Numbered from the stretch's first letter, positions 10,103 to 21,033 are shown. The stretch: DNA of 64,000 bases from Patescibacteria group bacterium (GCA_041649955.1 JBAZMD010000003.1:877-64876), one strand, 5' to 3'. The notes: generated by a model from the letters alone, not told the origin. A program made the numbers and translations.

Positions 10103-10233
10103 TAAGAGTACGTTGACAATTTAGATATTAGAAGCCTATTAATCTAAAAACATTAGTCTATTCAAACGCAAATCAAAGCGGGTAGCTAATCTGTTTCTTA
10201 ATTATAAATTTTGGATCAAATAATCTCTTTTAA

Positions 10234-11750
<1,517 letters not shown>

Positions 11751-11949
11751 AGAGGACTTATATTTTTTCTATTACTTTCGAGTAATAGAAAAATTAAGGT
11801 CGAAGGTTAGTTTACCCGCTTTGATTTGCGTTTTTAGAGCAAGAAAACCAGTTGACTTAACTGGTTTTTTTGTTTAGAATAAATAACAACTCCGACGCTT
11901 TGAAGGTCGGAGCCCCGACTGTAACGTCGGGGTGAGAATATTTAAAATA

Positions 11950-12112
11950 GGGGTTGACCCCCATACCTGAACGGCGATAAAATACTCAGTAACGTATTTT
12001 TAAATTTTTTTAAAAATAGAAATAAATTTTATAATTTAAAACAGATTAATCAAATAAAATGAACAATTTCTCGCATTTTAAAAATATATCGCCGTTTGGT
12101 GCGGGGGTTGAC
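11950..12112. repeat. MITE-like inverted-repeat element, family A (termini GGGGTTGACCCCCATACCTGAACGGCGAT / ATCGCCGTTTGGTGCGGGGGTTGAC, AT-rich core)
   Basis: Perfect/near-perfect 25-bp terminal inverted repeats in 16S-tRNA-Ile spacer. Confidence 0.6.
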
Positions 12113-12149
12113 TAATAATATAATTTTGTTAATATTAAAATGATTTTTT

Positions 12150-12224
12150 GCGCGAGTAGTTCAATGGTAGAACGCGTCTCTGATAAAGACGAGGTTGAAG
12201 GTTCGATTCCTTCCTCGCGCACCA
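12150..12224 (+). tRNA. tRNA-Ile (anticodon GAT), CCA encoded
   Basis: Cloverleaf: acceptor gcgcgag/ctcgcgc, anticodon loop ctGATaa, T-arm ggttcgattcc. Confidence 0.85.
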
Positions 12225-12298
12225 AAATAATAAAATATCAAATTATAATTTATAGCATAATTAAAACGTACTTTTAAAATTTAGAAAGGGGGTAGAAC

Positions 12299-13408
12299 AT
12301 GTCAAGAAAAAAGATGACGTATGCGGGGACAGGCGTTGATTATAATGCCATGGATCCATTCAAGCGACAGGCGCAACTTTCTGCGCGAAAGACTGCCGGA
12401 AATATCAAACGACTCGGTTTTTTAGAAGTTGAGATGAGTCGCGGCGAAAGTGTTTATCTTGTTGAAACACCAAATAGTTTTCTCGCTCAAGTTGAAGAAG
12501 GGCTTGGTACAAAAAATCTTGTCGCTGATGAGATGTATCGTCTTACCGGTAAGTCATATTACGATCAAATTGCGCAGTGTACTATGGCAATGATCGTGAA
12601 TGATATGATTACGCTTGGCGCATTACCATACTCAGCGGCAATGCATCTTGCTGTCGGTACTTCCAACTGGTTTAATGATAAAAAACGGTGTTATGATCTT
12701 ATTGAGGGTTGGAAGAAGGCGTGCAATCTCGCACGCTGTGCATGGGGCGGAGGCGAAACGCCAACCTTGAAAGGTATTATCATACCAAGCACAGTCTTAC
12801 TCTCTGGTTCGGCAAGCGGTATTATAAAGCCAAAAAAGCGGCTTATTAATAACGTGAACATTCAGAATGGCGATGCGATTATCTTTGTCGAAAGTTCAGG
12901 TATTCATGCAAACGGTCTTACAATGGCTCGAGAGATTGCCGACAAGTTGCCGGACGGCTACATGACAAATCTTATTGATGGACGAACCTATGGCGAAACA
13001 CTGCTCGACCCCACTCACATTTACGTCTCACTTGTTGAAGACTGTCTTAATCGCGGTGTTAATATCCATTATGCGGTGAATATCACGGGACATGGCTGGC
13101 GCAAATTGATGCGTGCGCCCAAACCATTTGCCTACATTGTTGAATATTTGCCGAAGCAACTTCCAATCTTTGATTTTTTGCAAAAGCATGGTCCTGTGGA
13201 TGACAAGGAAGCATATGGTAATTTCAACATGGGTGCGGGATTTGCGCTATATGTGCCGGAGACAGACATAACAAAAATTCAAGAAGTGGCTAAAAATCTT
13301 GGATTTAATGTATTGTACGCCGGACATATTGAACGAAACAAAATGAAGAAAGTCGTTATTAAACCAAAGGGTCTTGAATATGCTGGAACAACACTCGGTG
13401 TTCGTTGA
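12299..13408 (+). CDS. PurM-like (AIR synthase-related) protein; GC content clearly higher than neighbours
   Basis: Motif correspondence with PurM: 'GVDYNA', 'GLGTKNL', 'MIVNDMITLGALPY', 'GGGETPTL', 'SSGIHANG', 'NITGHGW', 'FNMGAGF'; strong RBS aaaggggg; hairpin terminator at ~13415-13455. Confidence 0.7.
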   Translation: MSRKKMTYAGTGVDYNAMDPFKRQAQLSARKTAGNIKRLGFLEVEMSRGESVYLVETPNSFLAQVEEGLGTKNLVADEMYRLTGKSYYDQIAQCTMAMIVNDMITLGALPYSAAMHLAVGTSNWFNDKKRCYDLIEGWKKACNLARCAWGGGETPTLKGIIIPSTVLLSGSASGIIKPKKRLINNVNIQNGDAIIFVESSGIHANGLTMAREIADKLPDGYMTNLIDGRTYGETLLDPTHIYVSLVEDCLNRGVNIHYAVNITGHGWRKLMRAPKPFAYIVEYLPKQLPIFDFLQKHGPVDDKEAYGNFNMGAGFALYVPETDITKIQEVAKNLGFNVLYAGHIERNKMKKVVIKPKGLEYAGTTLGVR

Positions 13409-13650
13409 CAGATAATAATCTCCAAAGGGGGTTCGCAATCAATATAGCGAGCCCCTTCTTATTTTCATAAAAGTATTGAAAAATTTTATGAAATGAGTTA
13501 TAATTAATTCATAAAATAAAATAGCTTGATTTTATTTAAAATTTTTGGTAGAATAAGTTCAAATAAAGTTGAAATAATTACACTATTTTTTTGGGCACTT
13601 GGCGCAGTAAGAGTCTGTTAATAACTATATTTGCAGATTAGTATCACAGA

Positions 13651-14364
13651 GTGTATAATATATACATGAAATCAAAGTGGTACGAATTAAAAAATAATGC
13701 TGTTAAATTACGCCAACAAGGGATTTCTATAGGTAAAATTGAACATCGCCTAAAAATACCTCGTTCAACTCTCAGCGGTTGGTTTAAGAATATTCAATTA
13801 ACGCCGAAACAGAAGAAAAAATTATTGGCAAATCAAAAAAATGCTTTAGTTAAAGCGCGTAAAAAAGCGGTTTTTTGGCATAACGAGCAGAAAAAAATAA
13901 GACTTCAAGAAGCAGAAAACGAGGCTATTAAAACATTAAAGAATATTGATATTAATAATCAAAATATTCTTGAAGTGGCGATAGCTTTTCTCTATCTGGG
14001 CGAGGGATCAAAAAATAATTTAGAAACTGCTCTTGGCAGTTCAAATCCATTAATTTTAAAATTTTTCGTGGCAGCAATCAGAAAGGTTTATAAATTAGAT
14101 ATCAATAAAATAAGATGTGAATTGAGTTTAAGGGCAGATCAAGATCCCGAAGAAATGAAGAAATTTTGGGCTAAAACTCTTAAATTGCCCATTTGTAATT
14201 TTAAACAAATAAATATAGACCGAAGAACAAAGGGATCTAAAACGTACCCTTATTACAAGGGTGTATGCCATTTAAGATGCAGTAATGCAGCCATTCAAAG
14301 AAAATTGATATATCTGGGAAATTTATTTTGTCATAAAGTAATAGATAAAAATTTGGGTTCATAG
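13651..14364 (+). CDS. LAGLIDADG-family homing endonuclease (single-motif) with N-terminal HTH-like region
   Basis: 'ILEVAIAFLYLGEGSKNN' fits LAGLIDADG motif; N-terminal 'GISIGKIEHRLKIPRSTLSGWFKN' HTH-like. Confidence 0.55.
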   Translation: MYNIYMKSKWYELKNNAVKLRQQGISIGKIEHRLKIPRSTLSGWFKNIQLTPKQKKKLLANQKNALVKARKKAVFWHNEQKKIRLQEAENEAIKTLKNIDINNQNILEVAIAFLYLGEGSKNNLETALGSSNPLILKFFVAAIRKVYKLDINKIRCELSLRADQDPEEMKKFWAKTLKLPICNFKQINIDRRTKGSKTYPYYKGVCHLRCSNAAIQRKLIYLGNLFCHKVIDKNLGS

Positions 14365-14381
14365 TTCAGCTGTCGTTTTAA

Positions 14382-14456
14382 GCGCGATTGGCTCAGTGGT
14401 AGAGCGCGTCGTTGACATCGACGAGGTCGCAGGTTCGATCCCTGCATCGCGCACCA
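14382..14456 (+). tRNA. tRNA-Val (anticodon GAC), CCA encoded
   Basis: Acceptor gcgcgat/atcgcgc, anticodon loop ttGACat, T-arm ggttcgatcc. Confidence 0.85.
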
Positions 14457-14460
14457 TAAA

Positions 14461-15129
14461 ATGAGGGATAAAATCAGAGATTTGTCTCTTATTTTATTTC
14501 TTGACAAAATAGTTATTTATTATATTATTAAAATAAATCAAAGAGCCGAAAGCTTTTTTGAAAAAGGAGGAGAAATGATCAAAGAAAAAAGAATAAATAG
14601 TTTTGTTGAAAAATTATTCAGCAGTAAAGACTATTGGCGTTTCCCTATCGGGGAAGCAAATCTTCTTAAAACCAAAGAAGTAGAAGGTTGGAATAAGAGA
14701 TTTAAAAAGAACAGCCGTAAAAATTTTGGCATTGATTTGAGAACGCCACTTAAATGCAAAGAATCCAACTGTTATTTAACTCAAAAACAAAGGTGCAAAG
14801 ACTGTCAAAAAACAGAAAAACAAAGAGTAGAACTTAATATTTCACTAAAACATTTCCCGGCGGTTTTCGATAGAATTTTCTTTGCGGAAAAAGCATTTGA
14901 TAAGGTTGCTCAACAATTCGGGTTAAGTTTGTCACAGACCAACATGGGAGATTGGAGATTATGGGAAAAAAATGAAAAAGGAAGTTTTTCTGTTGCCGAG
15001 TTGGAAGCATATGGTTTTCGCATAAGCGGAAGATTCAACGGCAAAATGAAGTTTCGAGACGCCAAGGGATTATTTATAGAGTTATTGAAAATTTATTTAG
15101 ATGCCCATAAAGACTGTTGCCAATGGTAA
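14461..15129 (+). CDS. Hypothetical protein (true start probably Met at ~14575, 'MIKEKRINSF')
   Basis: ORF only; Cys-rich segment 'CKESNCYLTQKQRCKDCQK'; followed by strong terminator. Confidence 0.4.
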   Translation: MRDKIRDLSLILFLDKIVIYYIIKINQRAESFFEKGGEMIKEKRINSFVEKLFSSKDYWRFPIGEANLLKTKEVEGWNKRFKKNSRKNFGIDLRTPLKCKESNCYLTQKQRCKDCQKTEKQRVELNISLKHFPAVFDRIFFAEKAFDKVAQQFGLSLSQTNMGDWRLWEKNEKGSFSVAELEAYGFRISGRFNGKMKFRDAKGLFIELLKIYLDAHKDCCQW

Positions 15130-15135
15130 TAAATA

Positions 15136-15176
15136 GGGGTCGAAAAGTTGAAAAACTTTCGACCCCTAAATTTTTT
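15136..15176 (+). terminator. Rho-independent terminator
   Basis: ggggtcgaaaag...ctttcgacccc hairpin + T-run. Confidence 0.7.
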
Positions 15177-15213
15177 CATTGCAAAATTTCAGAAAATGAG
15201 CTAATGTTAATTT

Positions 15214-16701
15214 ATGTTATCTAAAAATACGAACAATTTTAAGTTGAATTTGGAGTTCCTAAATAAGGATAAGAATTTTAGTTTTTTAAATAAACTCCAG
15301 AAGAAATTTCCCAAAGCGGAAATTTATTTGGTTGGCGGCGCAGTTAGAGATTTATTTTTAAAAAAGGAAACCAAAGATTATGATTTTGTCATCTGTAAAG
15401 TTAAAATATCTGATTTGGAAAAATTTTTAGCGAATTTGGGACAAGTGGAATTTGTCGGCAAAAGTTTTGGTGTTTTCAAGTTTACACCCAAGGGCGGAGA
15501 TAAGCATAATCCTTTTGATATTGCCTTGCCTCGCCGCGATTTTTCTTTTAATACCGGCGGTTATCGCGATGTGAAAGTTTTAACTAATCCCAACTTGCCG
15601 ATTGAAGAGGATTTATCTCGCCGCGATTTTACGATTAATGCCATTGCGGTTGAAATTAAAACAGGTAATATTATTGATCCGTTTAACGGCTTAAAAGACC
15701 TCAAAAACAAGATTATTCGGTCAGTTGGCAAGCCGAAAGATCGATTTAAAGAAGATTATTCCAGAATGCTGCGAGCGATAAGATTCGCCTGCCAATTGGA
15801 TTTCCAAATTGAAAAAAATACTTGGCAAGCCATTAAATCTAAAATTAAATCAATTACCAAAGCAGTGCCTTATGAAATTATTGCCCGGGAATTTCTAAAA
15901 TCTTTTTATTTCAATCCGGTTAAAGCTTTAGATTTATTTGATCAAAGCGGATTTTTTAAAGTAATAATGCCGGAAATTTTAAAAATGAAAAATTGTCCGC
16001 AACCGAAAAATTTTCATTCCGAAGGAGATGTTTGGGTGCATACGCGCTTGGCACTGGAAAAATTATTTTCTCCTCAATTCAAAAAGCAATTTGGCGATGA
16101 AAGACCGAATACAGAATTGATTATCGCCACTCTTTTCCATGATTTGGGAAAGCCGCCAACAATTCAAACTCCGGAAAAAAATCATACTGACCGTATTCGT
16201 TTTAATGAACATGATGTGGTGGGTGCGGAAAAAACCAAAAAAATTTGCGAGAGATTAAAATTTTCAAGTCCTGAAAATTTTGGTGTTGATCCGGAAAAAA
16301 TCGCCTGGTTGATTAAAAATCACATGCTTTTGGTCCACGGCAATGCTCTTAAAATGCGGCCTCAAACCATTGAAAAATATTTTTTTAATCCAAATTTGCC
16401 GGGCGAAAATTTGTTAAAACTTTCGTTTGCGGATATTTCGGCCACTATTTTGGAAAAAGGCCATTCGGATTTTGGTGATTTCAAAAATATGCTGAAAAGA
16501 ATTAAAGAATTAAAAAAATTAAGCGCCAACAAGAAGGAATTACCTAAGCCGATTTTAAACGGCAATGAAATTATGAAAGAATTTAAGTTAAAACCCGGAC
16601 CCAGAATAGGCGAATTGTTGGAGATTTTAAGAGAAAAACAGCTTGAAGGAAAAATTAAAGATAAAAAATCAGCCTTGACTTTTTTTAAAAACCTAATATA
16701 A
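15214..16701 (+). CDS. cca: CCA-adding tRNA nucleotidyltransferase with HD domain
   Basis: PolyA-pol/CCA head 'LVGGAVRDLFL...DYDFV...RRDFTINA'; HD motif 'HTRLALE...LFHDLGKP'. Confidence 0.8.
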   Translation: MLSKNTNNFKLNLEFLNKDKNFSFLNKLQKKFPKAEIYLVGGAVRDLFLKKETKDYDFVICKVKISDLEKFLANLGQVEFVGKSFGVFKFTPKGGDKHNPFDIALPRRDFSFNTGGYRDVKVLTNPNLPIEEDLSRRDFTINAIAVEIKTGNIIDPFNGLKDLKNKIIRSVGKPKDRFKEDYSRMLRAIRFACQLDFQIEKNTWQAIKSKIKSITKAVPYEIIAREFLKSFYFNPVKALDLFDQSGFFKVIMPEILKMKNCPQPKNFHSEGDVWVHTRLALEKLFSPQFKKQFGDERPNTELIIATLFHDLGKPPTIQTPEKNHTDRIRFNEHDVVGAEKTKKICERLKFSSPENFGVDPEKIAWLIKNHMLLVHGNALKMRPQTIEKYFFNPNLPGENLLKLSFADISATILEKGHSDFGDFKNMLKRIKELKKLSANKKELPKPILNGNEIMKEFKLKPGPRIGELLEILREKQLEGKIKDKKSALTFFKNLI

Positions 16702-16707
16702 TGATTT

Positions 16708-17424
16708 TTGTCTAAATTTTCAAGTCCAACCATGAATTTCAAAATTTTAATAATTTCGGAAGATAAGGATTATTTGGTTATTGAGAAGCCAAGCGGATTA
16801 TTGGTGCATCCTACCAAATATCAGAAAGAAAATACCTTAGTGGATTGGCTGATTGAAAATTATCCTGAAATAAAGCAAATTGATGGAGGCGAAAGGCCTG
16901 GAATTGTTCATCGTTTAGACCAAAATGTTTCAGGGTTGATGATAATCGCCAGAAATCAAAAATCATTTGAATATTTTATTGATCAGTTTAAAAATAGCCG
17001 GGTTAAAAAAGAATATTTGGCTCTGGTTTGCGGACGGCCCGCTCAAGAAAAAGGAACAATTGAATTGCCGATCGGCCGGACAAAAAAAGGAAAATTAGTT
17101 GTTGTGCAATCTAGAAAAAAGATTAAAATTTCCAAGCCGGCAGTAACCGAATACGAAGTTGTTCAAAAATTTCCAAAATTTACTTTATTAAAACTCAGGC
17201 CGTTTACCGGCCGAACGCATCAGATTCGTCTTCATCTGCAATCAATCGGCTGTCCGATTGTCGGAGACAAACAGCACGGCAAAGCAAAAACTGATTTAGA
17301 CAGAATTTTTCTCCATGCCAGTTATCTGGGTTTTTACGACTTGAATAATCAATGGCAAGAATTTAAAAGCGATTTACCAGAAGAACTAAAGAGTTTTCTT
17401 GAAAATTTCAAAACTGAAAGTTGA
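16708..17424 (+). CDS. RluA-family 23S rRNA/tRNA pseudouridine synthase
   Basis: 'LVIEKPSGLLVHP', catalytic 'HRLDQNVSGLMIIARN'. Confidence 0.85.
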   Translation: MSKFSSPTMNFKILIISEDKDYLVIEKPSGLLVHPTKYQKENTLVDWLIENYPEIKQIDGGERPGIVHRLDQNVSGLMIIARNQKSFEYFIDQFKNSRVKKEYLALVCGRPAQEKGTIELPIGRTKKGKLVVVQSRKKIKISKPAVTEYEVVQKFPKFTLLKLRPFTGRTHQIRLHLQSIGCPIVGDKQHGKAKTDLDRIFLHASYLGFYDLNNQWQEFKSDLPEELKSFLENFKTES

Positions 17425-17596
17425 AGAAATTTTTACTAGAAAACCTTTACCCCGCATTAAGCCCGCTTATAGAAAATATAATAAGTCGCAATTAAGCCGC
17501 AGGCGATGCAGCGCGCAAAATTAATATTAAAAATTAAATTTTATTAAGCTTTGGTGCGCGGGTAACAAATTTTTTAAATAAAAAAGTGAGATAAAA

Positions 17597-18151
17597 ATGG
17601 GTAAATTAATTATCATTTCCGGGCCCTCCGGGGCAGGTAAGGACAGCATAATTGAAGGTCTTAAAAAAGAGAATCTTGATTTTTTTGAAGTAGTAACCAC
17701 CACTACGCGTCCAATGAGGCAGGGCGAATCAGAAGGCCATCCTTATCATTTTGTTTCAAAAGAAAAATTTGAACAAATGATAAAAAATGATGAGTTGGTT
17801 GAACATGCTTTGGTTTACGAAAATTATTACGGTTCTCAGAAAAAAGATGTTGAAGAATTATTGAAGTCGGGCAAAACGGTTATTTTTAAAATTGATTGCC
17901 AAGGTGCAAAGACAATTAAAACCAAACTTCCTCAAGCAAAAGTAATTTTTATCATTTCGCCGTCAATTGAAATTTTGGAAAAACGATTGCGCGACAGAAA
18001 ACAAGATTCGGAAGAAGTGATTCAAAGGCGGGTAGCCGAAGCGCAAAAAGAATTAGCCACTCTTGATAATTGGGATTATGTTATTACTAATAAAGAAGGG
18101 GAATTAGAAGAAGCCGTGAAACGAGTTAAAGAAATTATTATTTCGCTTTAA
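17597..18151 (+). CDS. gmk: Guanylate kinase
   Basis: P-loop 'GPSGAGKDS', 'TTRPMRQGE..G..YHFV'. Confidence 0.9.
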   Translation: MGKLIIISGPSGAGKDSIIEGLKKENLDFFEVVTTTTRPMRQGESEGHPYHFVSKEKFEQMIKNDELVEHALVYENYYGSQKKDVEELLKSGKTVIFKIDCQGAKTIKTKLPQAKVIFIISPSIEILEKRLRDRKQDSEEVIQRRVAEAQKELATLDNWDYVITNKEGELEEAVKRVKEIIISL

Positions 18152-18177
18152 TATATTAATCAAAATTAAAATATAAT

Positions 18178-18522
18178 ATGGAAGATATAAAAAAAGAAAA
18201 AAAAGAAGCCAGCGTTACTGACATTAAACCGGGAATGATAATTAAAATTTATCAAAAAATAAAAGAACCCGATGCGAAAGGAAATATGAAAGAAAGAATC
18301 CAAATTTTTGAAGGTATGGTCATTTCTCGTCATGGCGGAAGTACGCCCGGAGCCACTTTTACCGTCAGCAGAAAAGCGGCTGACAATATCGGCGTGGAAA
18401 AAATTTATCCTTTATATTCGCCGACGATTTCAAAAATAGAAATAATGAAAAAGTTTAAAGTCAGAAGAGCTAAATTGAATTTCTTAAAAGATCATTCCAA
18501 AAAATTAAAGGAAATAAAATAA
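18178..18522 (+). CDS. rplS: 50S ribosomal protein L19
   Basis: 'ERIQIFEGMVISRHGGSTPGATFTVSRK...GVEKIYPLYSP' canonical L19. Confidence 0.9.
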   Translation: MEDIKKEKKEASVTDIKPGMIIKIYQKIKEPDAKGNMKERIQIFEGMVISRHGGSTPGATFTVSRKAADNIGVEKIYPLYSPTISKIEIMKKFKVRRAKLNFLKDHSKKLKEIK

Positions 18523-18539
18523 AGTAATTGTTATTTTGG

Positions 18540-18626
18540 GCGGACGTGGCGGAACTGGTATACGCGCATGCTTGAGGTGCATGTGGGAGCAATCCTGCGA
18601 GGGTTCGAATCCCTCCGTCCGCACCA
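18540..18626 (+). tRNA. tRNA-Leu (anticodon GAG), long variable arm, CCA encoded
   Basis: Acceptor gcggacg/cgtccgc, anticodon loop ttGAGgt, variable arm tgggagcaatcctgcga, T-arm gggttcgaatccc. Confidence 0.85.
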
Positions 18627-18653
18627 AAAACTAAAATATAGAAATTATAATAT

Positions 18654-18727
18654 GGGCCCGTGGTATACCGGTAACACGCTTCCATGGCATGGAAGAGTAA
18701 GGGGTTCGATTCCCCTCGGGTCCACCA
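18654..18727 (+). tRNA. tRNA-Ala (anticodon GGC) with G3:U70, CCA encoded
   Basis: Acceptor gggcccg/cgggtcc (G3-U70), anticodon loop atGGCat, T-arm ggggttcgattcccc. Confidence 0.85.
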
Positions 18728-18757
18728 AAATTTAACAGGGGCGTCGGGTTTTATCAG

Positions 18758-18829
18758 GGGCAATTAGCTCAATGGTAGAGCGTCTCGTTTACACCGAGAA
18801 GGTTGTAGGTTCGATCCCTACATTGCCCA
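18758..18829 (+). tRNA. tRNA-Val (anticodon TAC), no encoded CCA
   Basis: Acceptor gggcaat/attgccc, anticodon loop ttTACac, T-arm ggttcgatccc. Confidence 0.85.
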
Positions 18830-18878
18830 TTTAAGAGGGCAAATAAGGGCGAAATACACTCTTAAACATACAAATTTC

Positions 18879-18950
18879 GCCAGGGTAGCTCAGTGGTAGA
18901 GCGAAGGACTGAAAATCCTTGCGTTGGCAGTCCGATTCTGCCCCCTGGCA
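18879..18950 (+). tRNA. tRNA-Phe (anticodon GAA), no encoded CCA
   Basis: Acceptor gccaggg/ccctggc, anticodon loop ctGAAaa, T-arm ggcagtccgattctgcc. Confidence 0.85.
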
Positions 18951-18955
18951 TATTA

Positions 18956-18984
18956 AAAGACCGTAGATTTCTACGGTCTTTTAA
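18956..18984. terminator. Bidirectional Rho-independent terminator
   Basis: gaccgtagatttctacggtc hairpin flanked by A-run and T-run between convergent tRNA cluster and minus-strand gene. Confidence 0.7.
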
Positions 18985-19004
18985 TTATTTATATTTTTCA
19001 AATT

Positions 19005-19856
19005 TTACAGAGATTTTTTATAGACTTCCATAATTTCTCTCAACCGTTTTTCGTCAATGGCTGGCATTTCTATTCCCAAATTTTTGGCTTTTTGATTGGA
19101 TAAAACGCAATTGCTTCGTTTAGCGCTGGTAATATTATAAAGTTCATTCAAAGAAATTAATTCATATTGATGACTTGGATTGACTATTTCTTGATAGGCT
19201 TTGAGCATTTGTTCGTGGGTCAAATAATTGTCATTCACTAAATTTAAAATGCCAATCGGACGGATTTCGGCCAATTTAACCAAGGCCGGAAACATATCTT
19301 CAATTAAAGTCACGGAATTAGGTAAAGAAATAACTTTTTTATAAGAAATTATTTTATTAAGCAGATTGCGCGGATGAGAATGCATGGAAATCGGCATTCT
19401 GATTCTAAGTTGGAGAACGGGTAATTCTTTAAGCGCCATTTGCATCGCGACTCTCATTTGGGAATAAAAACTGCCGAAAAAATTCGGTTCATCTTCTTCG
19501 CTAAAAGGTGTTTCCGGCGTGCCGGAATAAATACAACCCGAAGCGATTTGGATCATAAAGCTTGACGCTTCCAGAGCGGCCAAAGCGACGTTAATCGCTC
19601 CCGCCACATTGACCGCCACAGTTTCTTGTTTATGAGTTTCACACCAATCAATATTCGGATAAGCTCTGACGCCGGCAAAATTAATCACCACATCAGGCTT
19701 GGTTTCCTGAAATTTTTTCTTTAAAGCCGGCAAATCGGTAATATCAATTCTTTCGCTGAAAACTTCAAAATTATTTTGTTTCAAATATTCCACGAATTTT
19801 CCGCCCATAAATCCGCTTGCCCCCAAAATATAAAAATTTGGTTTTTTATTTTCCAT
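19005..19856 (-). CDS. NAD(P)-dependent epimerase/dehydratase family protein (RmlD/dTDP-4-dehydrorhamnose reductase-like)
   Basis: N-terminal Rossmann 'ILGASGFMGGKF', short-chain dehydrogenase/epimerase architecture. Confidence 0.65.
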   Translation of the reverse strand: MENKKPNFYILGASGFMGGKFVEYLKQNNFEVFSERIDITDLPALKKKFQETKPDVVINFAGVRAYPNIDWCETHKQETVAVNVAGAINVALAALEASSFMIQIASGCIYSGTPETPFSEEDEPNFFGSFYSQMRVAMQMALKELPVLQLRIRMPISMHSHPRNLLNKIISYKKVISLPNSVTLIEDMFPALVKLAEIRPIGILNLVNDNYLTHEQMLKAYQEIVNPSHQYELISLNELYNITSAKRSNCVLSNQKAKNLGIEMPAIDEKRLREIMEVYKKSL

Positions 19857-19863
19857 ATTTGCT

Positions 19864-20005
19864 ATTATACCTATTTAAAATTTATTGGCAATCTTATAAT
19901 TTATTATCGGTATACTCATTTATACACAACAAAAGCATTGACAAAAAGCGGGGGGGGGTAAACTATAAGTAAGGTTAAAAATTAATTATTAACTTAATTT
20001 TTTTT
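19864..20005 (+). promoter_or_regulatory. Repeated upstream region copy 1: TTGACA-(19 nt incl. G9 tract)-TATAAG promoter-like + conserved 5' leader
   Basis: ~75 bp identical to 21120-21192 except G-tract length (9 G at 19950-19958); TTGACA at 19939-19944, TATAAG at 19964-19969. Confidence 0.55.
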
Positions 20006-20017
20006 CTCGAAGTTAGC

Positions 20018-20833
20018 TTGCGCTATATAAGAGAAGAAATGAAAACTATGTCAGAAAAAAAAGAAGGTCAGGTGCCACATCAAGAGCACGAAAAAGTAAT
20101 TGAGCAACAAGAAAAAACGATAGAAGAAATGAAAAAAGTATTAGCTGAAAAATTTCCTTTACATTATTATACTGTTTCGAAAAATGGAAAATTTTTTGGT
20201 GGTAATGCTCAATCTGGAGAGGATATTTTACAGGAGAATCCAAATCACGCTTATCACTTTAATAAAGAAAATGCTGAAAATTTTGTAAATTTAGATAAGG
20301 ATTATAAAATTCAAGAGATTGACAATGGAGAAACAGGTATTGATAGTATAATTTTTTGTAAGAAGATTTGTGGCATTCCTATGACTGAAAAAGAGAAAGA
20401 AACCCATGAAAAATATAGGGGCTTATCAAAAGAAATAGAGCGATGGGCAGAAGAGATGGAGATAGAATTGAAGAAAGCTATTACGTCAAATAAAGATCTT
20501 CATTACGAATACAGTTACGAAGAATTAGCAGGTTTTCCAGGAGATAAGTATAAGGAAGGAGACCCCGCTTACAAAGGAGTACACAAAAATAGTATTCAAG
20601 TTCGTCCTTTTGATGTTGAAAACAATTCAATACAGATTTATTTCGCGCCTCATGTTAATTATAAGACAGCAGCCGAAGGAGAACACAAATTAGTTAGCGT
20701 TACTGCCATTGAGATAGATCAAAAGAGATTTATAATAGAATATATTAAAAATACACCATTTTACAAAAAATTTAAGCCAACTATTATTTTAGACCAGCCA
20801 TCTGGATTCAAAGAGATTGTTACACCGGAATAG
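20018..20833 (+). CDS. Hypothetical protein (start possibly Met at 20039)
   Basis: ORF only; hydrophilic, no recognisable domain, no signal peptide. Confidence 0.45.
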   Translation: MRYIREEMKTMSEKKEGQVPHQEHEKVIEQQEKTIEEMKKVLAEKFPLHYYTVSKNGKFFGGNAQSGEDILQENPNHAYHFNKENAENFVNLDKDYKIQEIDNGETGIDSIIFCKKICGIPMTEKEKETHEKYRGLSKEIERWAEEMEIELKKAITSNKDLHYEYSYEELAGFPGDKYKEGDPAYKGVHKNSIQVRPFDVENNSIQIYFAPHVNYKTAAEGEHKLVSVTAIEIDQKRFIIEYIKNTPFYKKFKPTIILDQPSGFKEIVTPE

Positions 20834-21001
20834 AATAGTAGTGATTTGATTGTGTAACGAGTATTATCTTTGTTTAAATCTGAGATGTAAATATACCAAT
20901 CTTATCCCTGAATTATGGTTTTAATGTCATTATTTATGATACGAAGTCAAAAAATCTTGTGAATTCAAATATAATCCCATCTCTATTCAAGAAGAGTCAA
21001 T

Positions 21002-21033
21002 AAAAAATAAGGGTTTAAACCCTTATTTTTTAT
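21002..21033 (+). terminator. Rho-independent terminator
   Basis: aaaaaataagggtttaaacccttatttttt hairpin + T-run. Confidence 0.65.
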
